Shown piece after piece: positions 26,851 through 40,046 of a DNA stretch of 64,000 nucleotides (its first letter is position 1; every line of letters starts with the position of its first letter). Origin of the DNA: Camelus dromedarius (Eukaryota); the NCBI RefSeq assembly GCF_036321535.1, contig NC_087468.1, positions 17,050,001-17,114,000 of the forward strand, written 5' to 3'. The position numbers were made by a program, and so were the translations under genes. The notes beneath the pieces were generated by a model. That model saw only the letters and a program-made list of their open reading frames with translations, had not been told where the DNA came from and searched no databases.

Positions 26851-27727
26851 GTTACTCATCTGCCTGGAAAGTAAAAGGAAGCAAGTTTCCATGAAACTGA
26901 GAAATACTGCTACAGGTGTGCAACAGTGGAATGGAGAGAGAGCCAAGAGAGAGCCCCCAGCCCTGCAAATGGTGGGGCCACGTGGCCGTGTATTAGTTAG
27001 AAGGTACAGGCGTGTCTTTCATGGGTTGACAGACTGTCTTCCACGACCTCTTTACTCCAAGGCCCTTAAATCACTACCTTGACTCCAAACGCAGGGCGTT
27101 TCTGCTGGTTTTCCCAAGTCTCAAGCATCAGTTTAACTGAATAATGGGTGATTGACGTTGTCACTGATTTAGTGTTGGCGCAACGTCTGTCCACAGCTCC
27201 CCGCTGTCTGCCTGAACTCAGAAGACTGCATGGTGAAGCTTTGCTTTGAGCTTGGTTCCTCTGGCATTCGTGCAGCTCCACATCGATGTCTTGTCTGCTT
27301 AAAGGTTCTGCCAAACCCAGGACTGCTGCCGACTGACTGCTAAAGGGAAGGAGGAGGCCCCGTGCACCCAGAGTCCCGCGCACCCTTGCCGCGGCAGCCG
27401 TTCTGCTGCTGCCAGGGAAGCACCCGCCAGACAGCAGCGCGCCGTCCGGGGCAGGTGAACAGGAAGGTAACTCCCTTTCATCCCCGCGTCTCCCGGAGGG
27501 CAACCACTTCTTAGAATGAAAAACGCGGTGAAGACAGCTCTTTCTTTTGACGGATAAATTGTTCAGGAGAACGGTGAGTTCCCTTCAGAAATCCTGTCGA
27601 GCTACGTTTTTTTTCCCTTTCTCTCGCCCTTAAGCATCTCCTTCAGAATAATTCATTGAGGATTGGGGAAATGAGGAAGGAAAGTAATTCACGTTTACAC
27701 ACTAGGCACTTTGCGTGCATTTATTTT

Positions 27728-27853
27728 TATGCATTTATTTATTTCCTGGAAGCATAGTCAGTTGCAGTGTGTCAGTTTCTGGTGTACAGCACAGTGTCCC
27801 AGTCCTGCATCTATGTGCGTAGGTTAGCGTCCACATTCTTTTTCATTAAAGGT
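27728..27853 (-). mobile_element. Camelid L1 3'-terminal fragment (intermediate-age type)
   Basis: Homologous to 58133-58250; TSD CATTTATTTT (27718-27727 and 27854-27863). Confidence 0.8.
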
Positions 27854-30800
27854 CATTTATTTTATTTTTCACGTGTCCCCAGGAGGAAATGGAAATGTAG
27901 AATTGGCATGGCCTGCTGAAAATGACACAGACTGCTGTCTTTTGTAACCTCATCCCCATGACCTTGGCCACCTGCTGTTGGTTAAAGACGAGTGGCTTGG
28001 CCCCGGCCACACACACAAGGAAAGGCTTTAATGCCAGGTGGCTATCCTCGGTGGCCATCCTAGCTGACCTCAGGTGTCAGCCTGCCACGAAGGTCTTGGG
28101 TGGGCTCCTGTGGTTGACTTCACGGTGTTAAAATGCACGCTTGCTGAATTGGGCCTTTGCGGTTGTTCACACAGATCGATTAGTGGCTGATGATTTAAAG
28201 TGCGAAACTGTCAAGGCCATTTTCATTTTTTAAAAAAGGATGTTTAGGAGAGCAAAGTCTAAAACTGCAAAGGTGGGGGGTGACACACATTAATTCCAGC
28301 TCCTGTTTGTTTCCATCAGTCTCTTTCTAACCAAAGTAAAATTTCTGTATCTTTTTACCCTTCCTGAGTCCCAATAATTTCTATTACTCCTTTAAAACAG
28401 AGGCATAAAAACAGAGCCTGTGACATACCCTTTTTCGACCTATGTTTGTTGCTGTTATCAATTCTTAAACCTTAACGGGTTCAATTTCTACTGTTTTACT
28501 TGCCTTAATGAATACTGTTAAAATGGTATTAAAATCGAATTAAATTGAAATTCAGTGATAATGACGATGCTGTACGGCACGTTCTCATTAAGGTTTCTCA
28601 TACTCATATGAACTCCTGCATCTTTCAGTTGACATACCACCACTGCCTGTGCTGACCTAAAATAAAACTTGTGGACATTTATAAAATGCTTGGTTTCACT
28701 GTATCGGAAGATCTTCAAAGTCATGAAATGATGCCCGCGCTGTAATGACCTGCTGGGATTTTGCACGCCCAGTTGCTCCCATTCACATCACTTAGACACT
28801 TAACCTCTGTTGCAAGGTTTATTTCTGTCCTCTCCCAAATTCTTGAGCCAGTCAGGAAGGATTTTAAGGTGTTGTACTGTGTCAGCTTAAGAGTTTAGTA
28901 TTAAATCCTATAACCTTGTATCTCCGTCCGCACTGCCTGGGTTCTGTTACAGTCCCCCAATTTTTTAGTACGTTTTGTTCTGTGGGCCTCTCCCGTAGAG
29001 AGATTTCCTATCTTGGACTCAGTCATTTGAACTTCCACCCTGTAAGCTAAACCCTCTCAATGGCTGGATTTCTTCCACTGAATCCCAGTTTCCCTGCGAC
29101 TAAGTCTCCAACATGAATTTCCCTCTGACTTTTAAATGTCCTTTTTCCTGGAGAAACGCCATATTCTCTTGGCTAGACCGGTAACGCCAACTATAGCAGT
29201 ACATTTGCATCTTTGATGAGTTACTGATTTGGAACTTGGGGAGTTCGTATTTTACTTCAATTGTTTGAGCCTACGTTCCTTTTCCTCGAAGCAGTGGAAG
29301 CTCTTTGGTTTCAGTTTCGGGTCTCTGATTGTGGGGTGTGCCGCAGTGCCAAGGTCCACACTTTGTTTTCAGCCTCTGCCTCTTCAAGCGTCACCTGCAG
29401 CCGACAGTCAAAGCCCTGGGTCCTGGGACAGTGAGAACCCAGCCTAGCATTATACTGATCAGTGGAGTCAGGTCACACTTTACAGACTGGAGCCCAGGGA
29501 CAGACTGGCTGGGATGGACAAAACCCTTGGGCGGTGTACGTGTTACTTAGCGAGTGTGTTCTGCTGCGTATCGTAGACAAATCAAATAGTAGTGATTAAC
29601 TGGGATTTTTTTTATTTTTATGTTGCTCTGAAGCTACACGCGAGTGGCTGCTGGCATTGAGTCAGTGACCCGAGGGAAGCGGGGCTGGAGTCTGAGATTC
29701 CTGTGTTTTTTGTTATTGAATAAAGATGGCTGTCCCTGGTGTAGTCATCAGAGGAAGAAGAAAGGACCAGACTGCAGAAGTGTTTACCCAATACCCATTC
29801 CCCTGTGTCTTCATTTTTTAGGAGAACTTTGATTTTGTGGCACGCAGCAGTGCGCCCGACTTAAAGGTAAACAGGCAAGCAAGCAAACAAAGAATTAAAA
29901 ACAAACAAACAAAAACCGGTCCTGTATTTCCTAGACACTCTTGCAGCTGGATTTGGGGATGTCACAAAATCTGACCTATAAGATACAAACAGAAGTCACA
30001 ACGTAGGTTTTTTTGGGGAAAAAAAAAAATTAAATGAGTGCTGATCCGTTAACACATACCGTTTTGTTGTTTCCCCTCTCTTCCTTTCTGCCAGAGGCAC
30101 TGGTATACAGTTTGAGTTGCCACCAGAACCAGTACTCAGCTGTTGTCTCCCAGTTCAGCTGTGCTGGTTGCTGACGCCCAGGAGCCATTTGGATGGGCCA
30201 GGTGTCTGCTCTGATCAGTTCCACGGCCAAGCCACACGGGGGGTTGGGAAGGTCGGACATCACTGTGGGTTTCTGCCATGTCTCTTGAATAATCACCAAA
30301 AGGAGTCCCATGAGCGCTGCAGTCACCTTAGCAACTACACACGTGAGCCATGAACACCAGTCCTGTGTCATTTACTTCCCAACCGTTTTGTTATCTGAGT
30401 GTAGAAATGGTGACCCTCTTACCTTGTTCAAGTCTACGGTGTTGACACTTTCTACTGTGTGAAGCTGAATGCAAATGCTGACTAATAGAGATGGTTGCTT
30501 AATCACTGACTTACAGCCTCTTTACAGAACTCTCTTGGAATACACGCAGTCTGTTTAGTACGTATGGCCTGGAACCCTTTCATTTAAAATGTCTGCGGAG
30601 CCTAGAATCTGGCCCCAGTCTTAGCCTGGCTAGCGCTGTAACCCTAATCCCAGTGTCAGATTGTTGATCTCTGCATTTTTCTTAAATCCTTGCCAGTCAT
30701 GAGCAAGCTCTTTCTTCTGCCTGAATATTTAACTTCGCTGTTGTCCTGATGCCACAATGTTTCCTTGCCCTGGAGTTCCGTCCAGCACCTGTCTACCACC

Positions 30801-30981
30801 TTCTGGTGTCACTACTTTGGGCGCTGAAGGTAAATTGTATCTTAGTCAGCAGTTTGCTAGCGGAACGCCCTGCTTATGTAGTTTTCAGGTCTGCGCTGTG
30901 GTTAGCACACCTCGAGCCAGAAGAGCATGGCTTCCCATTCACAACACTCTTTCCAACAGTTTGTCCCTGTGTGGGTGTGAC

Positions 30982-31640
30982 TGTCAGAGCAGCAGACAGC
31001 TAGACCTGAGCAGAGAGATGGGGACGCAGGCCACAGGGCAGGACCTGGGCAGAAAGGAGGCGCACAGGCCAAATGCAGGAGACCACACATCGTGTGAGCA
31101 CCAGGGGTCCCTGGGCAGAGAAAGAAAAGCAGGAACCTCTGGGCTGATAAGGGGTCACACCTTTTGGGGTGACAAGTGGCCTGGAGACCAACAAAGAAAG
31201 GTGGGAAAAGGCAGGAATCTCCAGTGTCTGAATGTGACCTTTTGTCCATTATGCTCTCATTTCAATAAAATCAGCCTTGCAGATTAGAGGAACCCATCCT
31301 GCACCGACGCCAGGACACTTCTGAACCAGACTAAGTAAGGACAAAAATCCCTCCTCCCTTTGGGAAGGTGGAGCTGGGATGATAATCAGGGAATAAGACC
31401 CCAAACTCTTTGCTCCCCAATGAATATTCTGCCCTTTCATTTTTACACCCTGTGTAATAACCAACTTGCCAAAGAAACTCAGGGCAGCCACTTCCCTGAG
31501 CCTGCCCGCTCTCCCCTGGAGAGTGTCCTGTCCATCCCTTAATGAATCCTCACTTTACTTTCTTAACCTCTGCATCTCATCTCTGAGTTCTTTCTGGGAC
31601 GGAACAAGAACCAGGACACAAGTCACATCCACCGGCAGCA
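30982..31640 (+). mobile_element. ERV1-like solo LTR (family B, copy 2)
   Basis: Colinear homology with 18728-19326; starts TGTCAGAGCAG, ends GGCAGCA. Confidence 0.8.
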
Positions 31641-33646
31641 CCTCCGTTAGGAAGGTATAACAGCATTTACATTTTTTTTTAAATTTTGTGTCAAACATAG
31701 TTTGTTAATTAAAAAAAATTAGATTCAGAATAGGAAGTGTAGTGTGCTGTTATTTGTATAAAGAAAAACAAAACGTGTCTGCGTATGCGCGCTGTGTTAA
31801 TTTGTGCATTAACAGGATCGCTCTGAACAGTGCTGGTCCCTTCGCTGGGAATACTGTGTGACCCAGGCCAGGAATAGGAATGAGATTTAATTTTCACAGT
31901 TTTCACGGTGTACTCATTTCTAATTTGTTAGTTTTCTTCCGTATAAATATGTGCATAATTAAACGTTCAGTAGGGAAACGTTTGTGACACAGTCAGCCAA
32001 GTGATGTTGAAAATAGAAAAAAGAAAATGCTACGTGTGTGGGTAAGTTCTTAGATTTTCATCGCCCAGAATCATGCAAAGATTTACATCCATTACTAAGA
32101 ATTTTAGGCTCATTCAGGTTTAGTTTTAACAGGACCCCTGGACCGCCTCAGCAGATCAAATAGATGTGTTTTGCTGACTTCCCCCTCTGTAAATTAACTA
32201 AATTCACTCATTTGACAAATTGTTCTGCCATTCCTTACACATAGTTCAAGCTTTCATCTCTAGGGGTAGTAAAGTCAAGTCGCCGGTGCATTTAATCTGT
32301 ACAGACAGCTCTCGTGGACAAGTCACCCAAGACTAAATGATTTTCTTTACTCCATGACGTTCATTACCTAAGCTGTTGTTTGTCTCAAGTCCTTTCTCCA
32401 TTTGGTAAAATTGGACCAAGCACAATAGTGGGAAACGTCAAAAAGAAGCAAGGTTATCCTGATCAAAGATGGAGAAAAAACGCTTTGTGTTAACTCTTCT
32501 GTCGGTGGCAGATCGTTCCCAGCAGAGACGTACTTCAGCAGGAACTCAAAAGTTAACTTTTGAGATGATTTATAAAGCGGAGGCAGGTCGCAGCAATCCA
32601 GAGTAAATCCACCGAGAAATATTGACAAAGCAACGGCGCCCTGCCCTTTCATCACACCCCGGCGCCCGAATGGGAGCCCGTTCTCCTCCGGACGACACTG
32701 TCGGGCTGGACTGCTGGTCTGCGGGGCGCAGCTACAGCTCTGCTGGCGTGAGCTCAGTCTCTGCAATGGCTTGCTGTCAGCTGTGAATCTCCGTTCACTG
32801 CAGGGGAGCTGTCACCTGAGTGCACTGCTATGGACAACAGATCTTTAGCAGGAGGAGTGAAAGAAAGAAAGCGGACTCGCCTCGTCGTGACACCTGCAGC
32901 CTAAGCCGAGCTGGCGTGGCAGCCAGTGCGGGGGGCTGCGTGGCTGGGCTCCTCACCGCTTCCTTCCAGAGAGAGTGAAGTCAGTGACACTTCTTGGGCC
33001 AGGCTCTCTTTTGTGCCTCCCATTTCTCCTTGGACACAGGCGTCCCCCATCAATCTAGCTATAAACCGATTCCTGACGTCTCAGGGCAGCTCCAAACCCC
33101 GGACACAGCGGGGTTTCTAACCCTCAGCAAAGCCGGACCTCTGATTACAACCCCAGACTGCCCCTAAAGCATGACCACCGGCACCGGTCATGCCCTCTTA
33201 CCTTTGAAAACTGTGGTCAAAGAGTGAAGGCATAGGAAGCCCCGCAAAGCTCATTCATACTCCCAGGAAAATCACTGAAAGACCAGGAGCACATGACAAA
33301 GTAGATTTTGCAAAATAGCTCCAGAAAATGCTTAGTGAAGGTGAATTACTTCAGAATATTCAGAAGAAGGGTTCCCGCTTCTTTATGGCCTAAGAGCTGT
33401 AAAAGAAACGTAATCCATAGGACCTGCAAGCTCCTACCCAGTTTAAAACAAGCTTAGATTCACCCCTTCCTCTTTGGATTTTCACAGCAACCTCGGGGAC
33501 AAGTCAAGTTTTCCAAAAGTGACTCTGAGGCAGAGTTTAAAAGACAGATGTTGGTAGGATAAACGCAGCTCAGAGGAGGGGAGGCAGCAGGGTTGGGCGA
33601 GAGAGGAGCCCAGGTGCACAGCAAGCCCCCAACAGCAACTTGGGGC

Positions 33647-33664
33647 AACCCCCAGGGGGCGCCA
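33647..33664 (+). promoter_or_regulatory. Candidate CTCF binding site
   Basis: AACCCCCAGGGGGCGCCA matches 16 of 18 positions of the YRCCASYAGRKGGCRSYR consensus, with an intact AGGGGGCGC core. Confidence 0.55.
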
Positions 33665-33890
33665 GAGCTGAAACGTCCCGTCGGACGTGCCTCGTCTTGG
33701 CTTTCATTTCCATCAGTCACACACAGAGCTGTCCCCAGCAGGACGTGGCCTTGGGTCAGGTGACGGCCAAGGCCGTCTTTGACGAGGCTGACGGCTGCCT
33801 GCAGATGCCACTACCCCAAGCAGGGCAACAAGTCTTTCTTTGAAGGAAAATTGAGCAGCATGTCTCTACATCCATCACAACCTCTCTCTC

Positions 33891-34046
33891 TCTCTTATTT
33901 AATTTATTAAAAAATTTCTTTTTTTGATGGGGAGGCAATTAGGTTTCCGTATTTATTTAATTTTAGAGGAGGTACTGGGGATTGAACCCAGGACCTTGTG
34001 TGTGCTGAGCATGGCTCTGCCACTTGAGCTGTACCCTCCCCTCCCC
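33891..34046 (-). mobile_element. vic-1-type camelid tRNA-derived SINE
   Basis: Antisense GGGAGGGTACAGCTCAAGTGGCAGAGC...GGTTCAATCCCCAGTACCTCCTCT with A/B boxes and A-rich tail; TSD ACCTCTCTCTC (33880-33890 and 34047-34057). Confidence 0.9.
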
Positions 34047-36505
34047 ACCTCTCTCTCATTTTTTTAATAGAAGAGAGATTAAAAGAAGCTATTGTGTGTA
34101 AGCTCTCATTGCAAGGGGTAGATCTAGAAATCACAAAAGGGCTTGTGGGTTCTAAGCCCACTATTCCAAGCTGCAGCTTCCGAACTCAGAAAGATCAGGC
34201 TCTCTTTACTGGCATCCTACTGAAAGCCACTTGCAACCCCCGACGTGAAGACCAACTTCCCTTCTTTCCATCCCAGCGTTCCTCAGGACGTCCATCATAT
34301 CGACTTCCTTTCCTTGGTCTCAGAATAATCATCTGTGCTCCTTTTTGAAAAAAAAAAGTCCACTACTTGGACATTTCATGTATCTTATCTATTTCTCAAT
34401 CTCTGAAAGCTCAGCTCAACACTTAACTCTTCCCATCTGGTCTTCGATTTCCCCCGATGGCTTGTTTTTTCCCCATCACGTGTAACGTGCATTTAAGGTC
34501 TCCTGTTTCTAACAAAGAACTTGCCCTTGGATATTCCTCAGTCCACTGTCTCCGCTCGCATCTACGTGACGCCAGTTTCTCGCCCTACCCCCAGTTTCTA
34601 TACTCAGCCTGTTTCTCAGTGCTCTGCTGACATAGAAACTTGCAAGTGACATGCTCTTTTCTCCTGTTGACTTCTTTTCTTGATGCTCAGTCTTCTTTCC
34701 CTTGCTTTTCACATCCCTGCATCTATCTTTCACTGCCCCCTCTCACCGACTCCTCAATTCTCCGGCCTCTTCTCTGAAAATGGAAATCCCCCCCTCCTCT
34801 TCTGGTCTCCTGTTTCTTAATTGGTGTTGCTCCAGTGGTGAGTTCATTTTCATCTACATCTCAAGATAGGATGGCATCTTGTAGCGTGTGGCAGGAATTT
34901 ACAACTTTACTGTTATCCAAATTAAGTTAATTTCCAAACAGTAGCCTAGTAATCTGACTATGTATTGAACCAACAGTACACTTTAATTGTTTAATGCCTT
35001 TAACATCATTGAGTTGTTTCCCAACATTTTACCTTCCACTTATCAAAATCTTATTTTTTAAATACCGCAAAATCCCAAATCAGTTATTTTATTCATTGAT
35101 TTCAATTTAGTGTGTATATAATGATCTTATAAGATCCTTGTAAATTTATCGTCTTGTACTCACCAGTGTATATGGAATATAGAAGACATTAAAAATGTTT
35201 GTTCAGTGACTTAGATAGATAAAACAGCATTGATTCAGTGGCCATGTGGAAATGCTTTTGACTGACATGAAATTAAGCATGCAACAGGTATTTCTAAAGT
35301 GCCTGAGCTAGTGACAGAGGACACAAAAAACAAGGAGGTTTGCCCCTCTGGAATGCATGCTGTGGAGACAGACATAACTTCTGATTATTCAGAGCTTAAA
35401 CGGGCAGTGTCTTGCTTTCTTTCCCATGGTGTAATTTTGATGTTATGCCCTCAGTTTTATTTAAGATCTTTCTCTGTCCATATTGGAAGGCACACACACA
35501 CACACAGACACAGCATCTACACACACATTCCCTTTTAAGATGCATGTTGTTCATAAAAACAATTGGATGGTGCTTCAACGTGTATTGCACAATACAAATA
35601 AGACAGGTAAAATCAGTCGTTGACTCTGAGCACAAGGAATAATTGCAGTGAACTGTTCTAGCAGCCTTCTCTGCAAACTGCTGAGTATTTTTAAAAAATA
35701 GTATCAAAGTTGGTTTATTAAATAGTAAAATGATTGAATAAGTATTTTTTTAAGTAACAGAAGAGCTAACGAGCAAATTTTCAAACTTGTCAAGAAACAT
35801 AAAATCATCAAACGTAACAACGTATTATACACACAGTTGCTCTAAACCAAGCAGACGGCCAGTTATTTCTCCAGCAAAAATGAGATTATTCAGATCAGCA
35901 AAGAACTGCATCCGGCGTCTGCGCCCACAGCGAGCCACGTCCGAGTCCCAGCAAAATGGAGAGAAGGGAGTTGGGAGACTGCAGTGAACAGAGTCCATGG
36001 CTTCCATTGGCCGAGACCTCATTGACAGAGCTCTGGCCGGGCAAGAAGGGGAATCTTTCTTCTTCTTGTTGTACTCTGTCACATGGGGCATGAGCAATCC
36101 GCTTTCTGGTCTCCCAACTGGATTTAATCAAAGTTTCTGTTTATTGAATTTTTACAACACATACACACACATACATGCATATATACATTATTTATTTTTA
36201 TATTTTATGGCTCAGTTTGCTCTCCCTGTAAAAGTTAAAATATGTGTTTATCTTCTCCAATAGCAGAATGCAAATACGAATATCCTGTTTTCAAAGGCAG
36301 TAACTCAAGTAGGGGACAGGGCTGCACGGTGAGCGAACCAGCTCCCCGGACACTCTGACGATCGTGGGCGAAAGATGAAGCCGTCATGCCGGGAAAGTAC
36401 TGGGAGACCCGTCTGGTATTTATGAGATGTTCTCATGCGAGCGCGCAGTGCTGGTAGGGACTTGCATGACAACCACTGGTGGACGGGATGGGAGCGAGGG
36501 TATAT

Positions 36506-36991
36506 TGTCATGGGATTCGGCGAGCCAGTGCGTGGCGGAACAGAATTGACCAGAGACCAAGGAGGAAGACACTAACGGAGTTTATTAGTCTATAGGCCAC
36601 AGCGGGCCACAGAGGAGAGGTGTCTGTGTGCCCCAAGGGTCGGTTGCTGAGGTCTTTTATAAGGAAGGGTAACTTTAACTCCTTGCTCTTACGTGACATC
36701 AGGCACAAAGTGGGTCAGAGGGAGCGTGGTCAGCTGGCGCACAATTCTCTGACTGGCTGATGCTGAGACGGGGAAGGGAAGGGCTCGTGAAAGGGCGGGG
36801 CTAGGGATTTTGGCAGGGGGCTGTGACCGGTCCTGGGGGCCGGGCTTCCAAGCACTGTACAGATGACCATCATCTCAGCTAAGGCAGGTGTGTGTCAGGA
36901 AAGGAAAGCTCTTTGTTACCTTCAAAGGGCAGCAGCTGGGCACCTGAGGGTCCTTGGGGCAAGAATCTGCCCGATGTCTGGGGACCCCACA
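36506..36991 (-). mobile_element. ERV solo LTR retaining promoter and polyA motifs
   Basis: TG...CA termini, 5-bp TSD TATAT/TACAT, GGGCGGGG GC box (~36793-36800), minus-strand TTATAAAA (~36655-36662) and AATAAA (~36572-36577) in U3-R order. Confidence 0.75.
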
Positions 36992-39900
36992 TACATGCGA
37001 TGTGAACGCTGCCTTAATGAATTTCCAACCCAGTGAAGGAGATTAGTGGAGCCTCTTTGTTTTGATCCTACTGAGTTTCTGGTCTGAGCTGAAGAGTCTC
37101 TGTAACACCCTAAGCATTGCCGCCTCCGCTACGTTCACTTTATGTTTCTCTGAGTCAAATGCAGATCTTGAATGACTCTCCCAGTTCTTCACAATGTAGG
37201 TCCAGAGTTGTCAAATGCATCTTGGCTTTTATTTGAGAGCTTTTAAAAATACAGACATCTGGGCCCAACGCCAGAGACTTCTAGCCCCAGGTTTGCCGGC
37301 GGGGAGCCGTAGCTCCTGGGCAGTGTGGCTGCCTGCGGCACCGCTTGGCCTCGGCGTTCCGTCCTGCAAAACAAAACTGCTCCTTCACCGTAGGTGGGAG
37401 GGGCCGGCAGAACGGCAGCCGTTTACAACACTTCTAATGATTCCATGATATTCACTTGGCGTGGTTTCATTTCCTTCCAGAGTCAGCTTTTAAGAAAACC
37501 CTTGAACGTCATTCTGCTTCGTTGGAATCAGCCTGTGCTTTTATGTGCTTATTCTAGTCTGTAATTGCAGTAAGACTGATAGTCAATCAAGGATACTTCG
37601 TGGTAAGGGGAAAACCATCCTCCTACACGGCAATTAGTTTGTAACGGTCCCTCTGTAATGATACCCCAGGCTAGTGATGAAACACTTTCAAATAAACACT
37701 GCCTCTCTGTCGAGTGTATTTAACTGGCTTTCACAAAGAGCTGTGCGTTTCAAGACGCTGACTTCCATTGACCGTGGCAGTTCGGTGTGGATTCTTGTTA
37801 CATTTCACCAGATTTGCACTGGGAGCAGCTGCAGGAGTTCCCGGAACATCCTTGTGCCTACATCCGGGACCAAAGCAAAAAGTGAGCCGTCATTGAGGCG
37901 CTCTGCCGTTAGCGCTCCACACCCTGGATTAGACGACAGGGAACACTGTCACTCAGCCCAGGACTAACTTTCTTCTTTGGGGTGACCTTTTTCCTTCCAG
38001 ACAAGTTCCTTGATGGTTCCTGACATTTGGAACAAAATTTAAAAAAATAAATAAATAAAATCTCAAAAAGGTCAAAAGCTTTCTAAAATCATGTCGTGCA
38101 AAACGTTCAGATCTTGCTAAGCGACAGCCGATGGAGCTGTAGGTGCTGGGAGATGCAGACACACTTTCCTTTGCATTAATGCAACATTAAGCTGGTTCCA
38201 GTTTAAAAGGCTGGAATGCAAAGAGATATTGTTCCCATAGCAGCAACCACTTTTTTTTTTTCATTCTCTGTAGATGATTTGTGAGATTAGTAACCTGCCA
38301 GCTAAAAATAAACTCAAGTACCCAAAGGATTATGGAAGGAAAACCAGCATTGTGACAACCTAAGCCCTAAGCATCTACCTACAAGAAGCAAGGAATAACG
38401 TTAGTTCAGTTAAACTCACACAGTTTTTGTTGTGCGTCTGTCACTCAATATTTACCAATTCCAGGAACAACAGGAGGAAATATTTTTCTCCTGAGTTTCT
38501 AGTATGGATCGTTCTCCATAAAGCTAGCACAACTCCTGCTTCAGTACAAAAATCGCTAAAGGGGGACTGATTATCAACTGGTCTGTAGAGTAAACGGCAC
38601 ATTTGATTTACACTCTCTTCTCATCCAGGCAGTCAGTTCATTCAGCAAAATCAAAAGGTTTTTTTCTAACAGGCATTGCATTCGTTTGTCCATTCATTTG
38701 CTGGGCACGAAAAGGTTAGATGCTTAAAGGATGAAATGATAAACGAAAGGACGAACACCCCCAAAGGGAAAGGCGGGGAGAGCATTGATTATTCACTGTA
38801 CAGCACCATATAAATTTAAAGTGGCCCCTGGCCACCTTCCGTAAACCCTCGGCAAAGCACGATAGAGGTCTTCACCCTGCTTGGGCAAGTGGCTGCTGCC
38901 CTGGCCCGCTAAGCCAGAGCGTCATGGGTGTCAGGGAAACACCTGGGTCTGCAGGTGTGTGACTCCAGAGGCGCGAAGAATGCTGCCAATAGAAAGAAAC
39001 TTCAGGGCTAGGGATGAGGAAACTGACTCGGAGACATGGCCCAGCTGCTCCGAAGGCAGAACTGGCAGTAGGAACCAGATCTTTTGAATTTCAGGCCGTA
39101 GAGGAGAGAGAAGAAATACATTGGGTTGGGGGACAATGGAACATAAAGAAGTTACACTGGGATGACAGGCCAAAATGCTGAGCTGGGTTGGAGGGAAAGT
39201 CTGATCAGCCTGTTTGTTTTCAAGGCCATTCTTTTTTCACGAACGTGATTGATTCGTAGTGTGATAAGAGAGAGGATGTGAAGAGGGAGAGTGATCTGGG
39301 AGAAGAGTTTATCATGAAAGAAAACAAGAATGGAGAAGGGAAATGCTACGTGTTGCAAGTAGGGTTGGTCTAAGAGAGGCGATGGGTCTGGATATGAAAT
39401 ATTTTATTCAGTTATGTGAATTAATCCATTAAGGTTTTTTTGTTTTTGTTTTTGTTTTTTTACTTTTTTAGTTTATCATTCTATTTCTGGTTTGCTTCTG
39501 AGGTGAAAGAAATGGAATGCAGACGAAATCATCAAGGAAAGGTGAGGAAAAGGAAGAAAAGGCTTTTTTTTAATTGCAACTCTTGATTCCATTTCTGAGG
39601 CTAATTTAATTCTTCATTCATCAGAGCTTAGTAATACAGCTTTTTATTAGATGTTCCATATATGCATCCATTCATGTATTTTTAAACCATCAGGAGGGAC
39701 TTCCAAGCCTCTTTCAGACAAGTTTAGAAAGGTTCAAAATAAATAACTCTCACTGGGAGTAATTTCGGGTACTGGAGGAACAGTTTCGTAGAATTACCTG
39801 CTGAGATTTTTTTTTTTTTTTTTTTTTTTAATTTGAGTGGCATCTCCCCTCTGGCAAATCCTGAGAGCCTCCTCCCCATCACCTCCTGTCAGTGGCTCTC

Positions 39901-40046
39901 ATGTCTCTGATGATCTGCTGTTACCTCTGGAAGTAGATAAGGCCTTGAGGTATATGGGGGAAGAAAAATTATTTAGAACCTAGCTGAATTGTACAGTTAA
40001 GAGTTGAAGCCTTTACGTTGTTGTGGTTGTTGTGAATTCAACATCA

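Noticed and set aside
38171-38184. 14-bp palindrome TTGCATTAATGCAA
   Set aside because: Several palindromes of this length are expected by chance in 64 kb.
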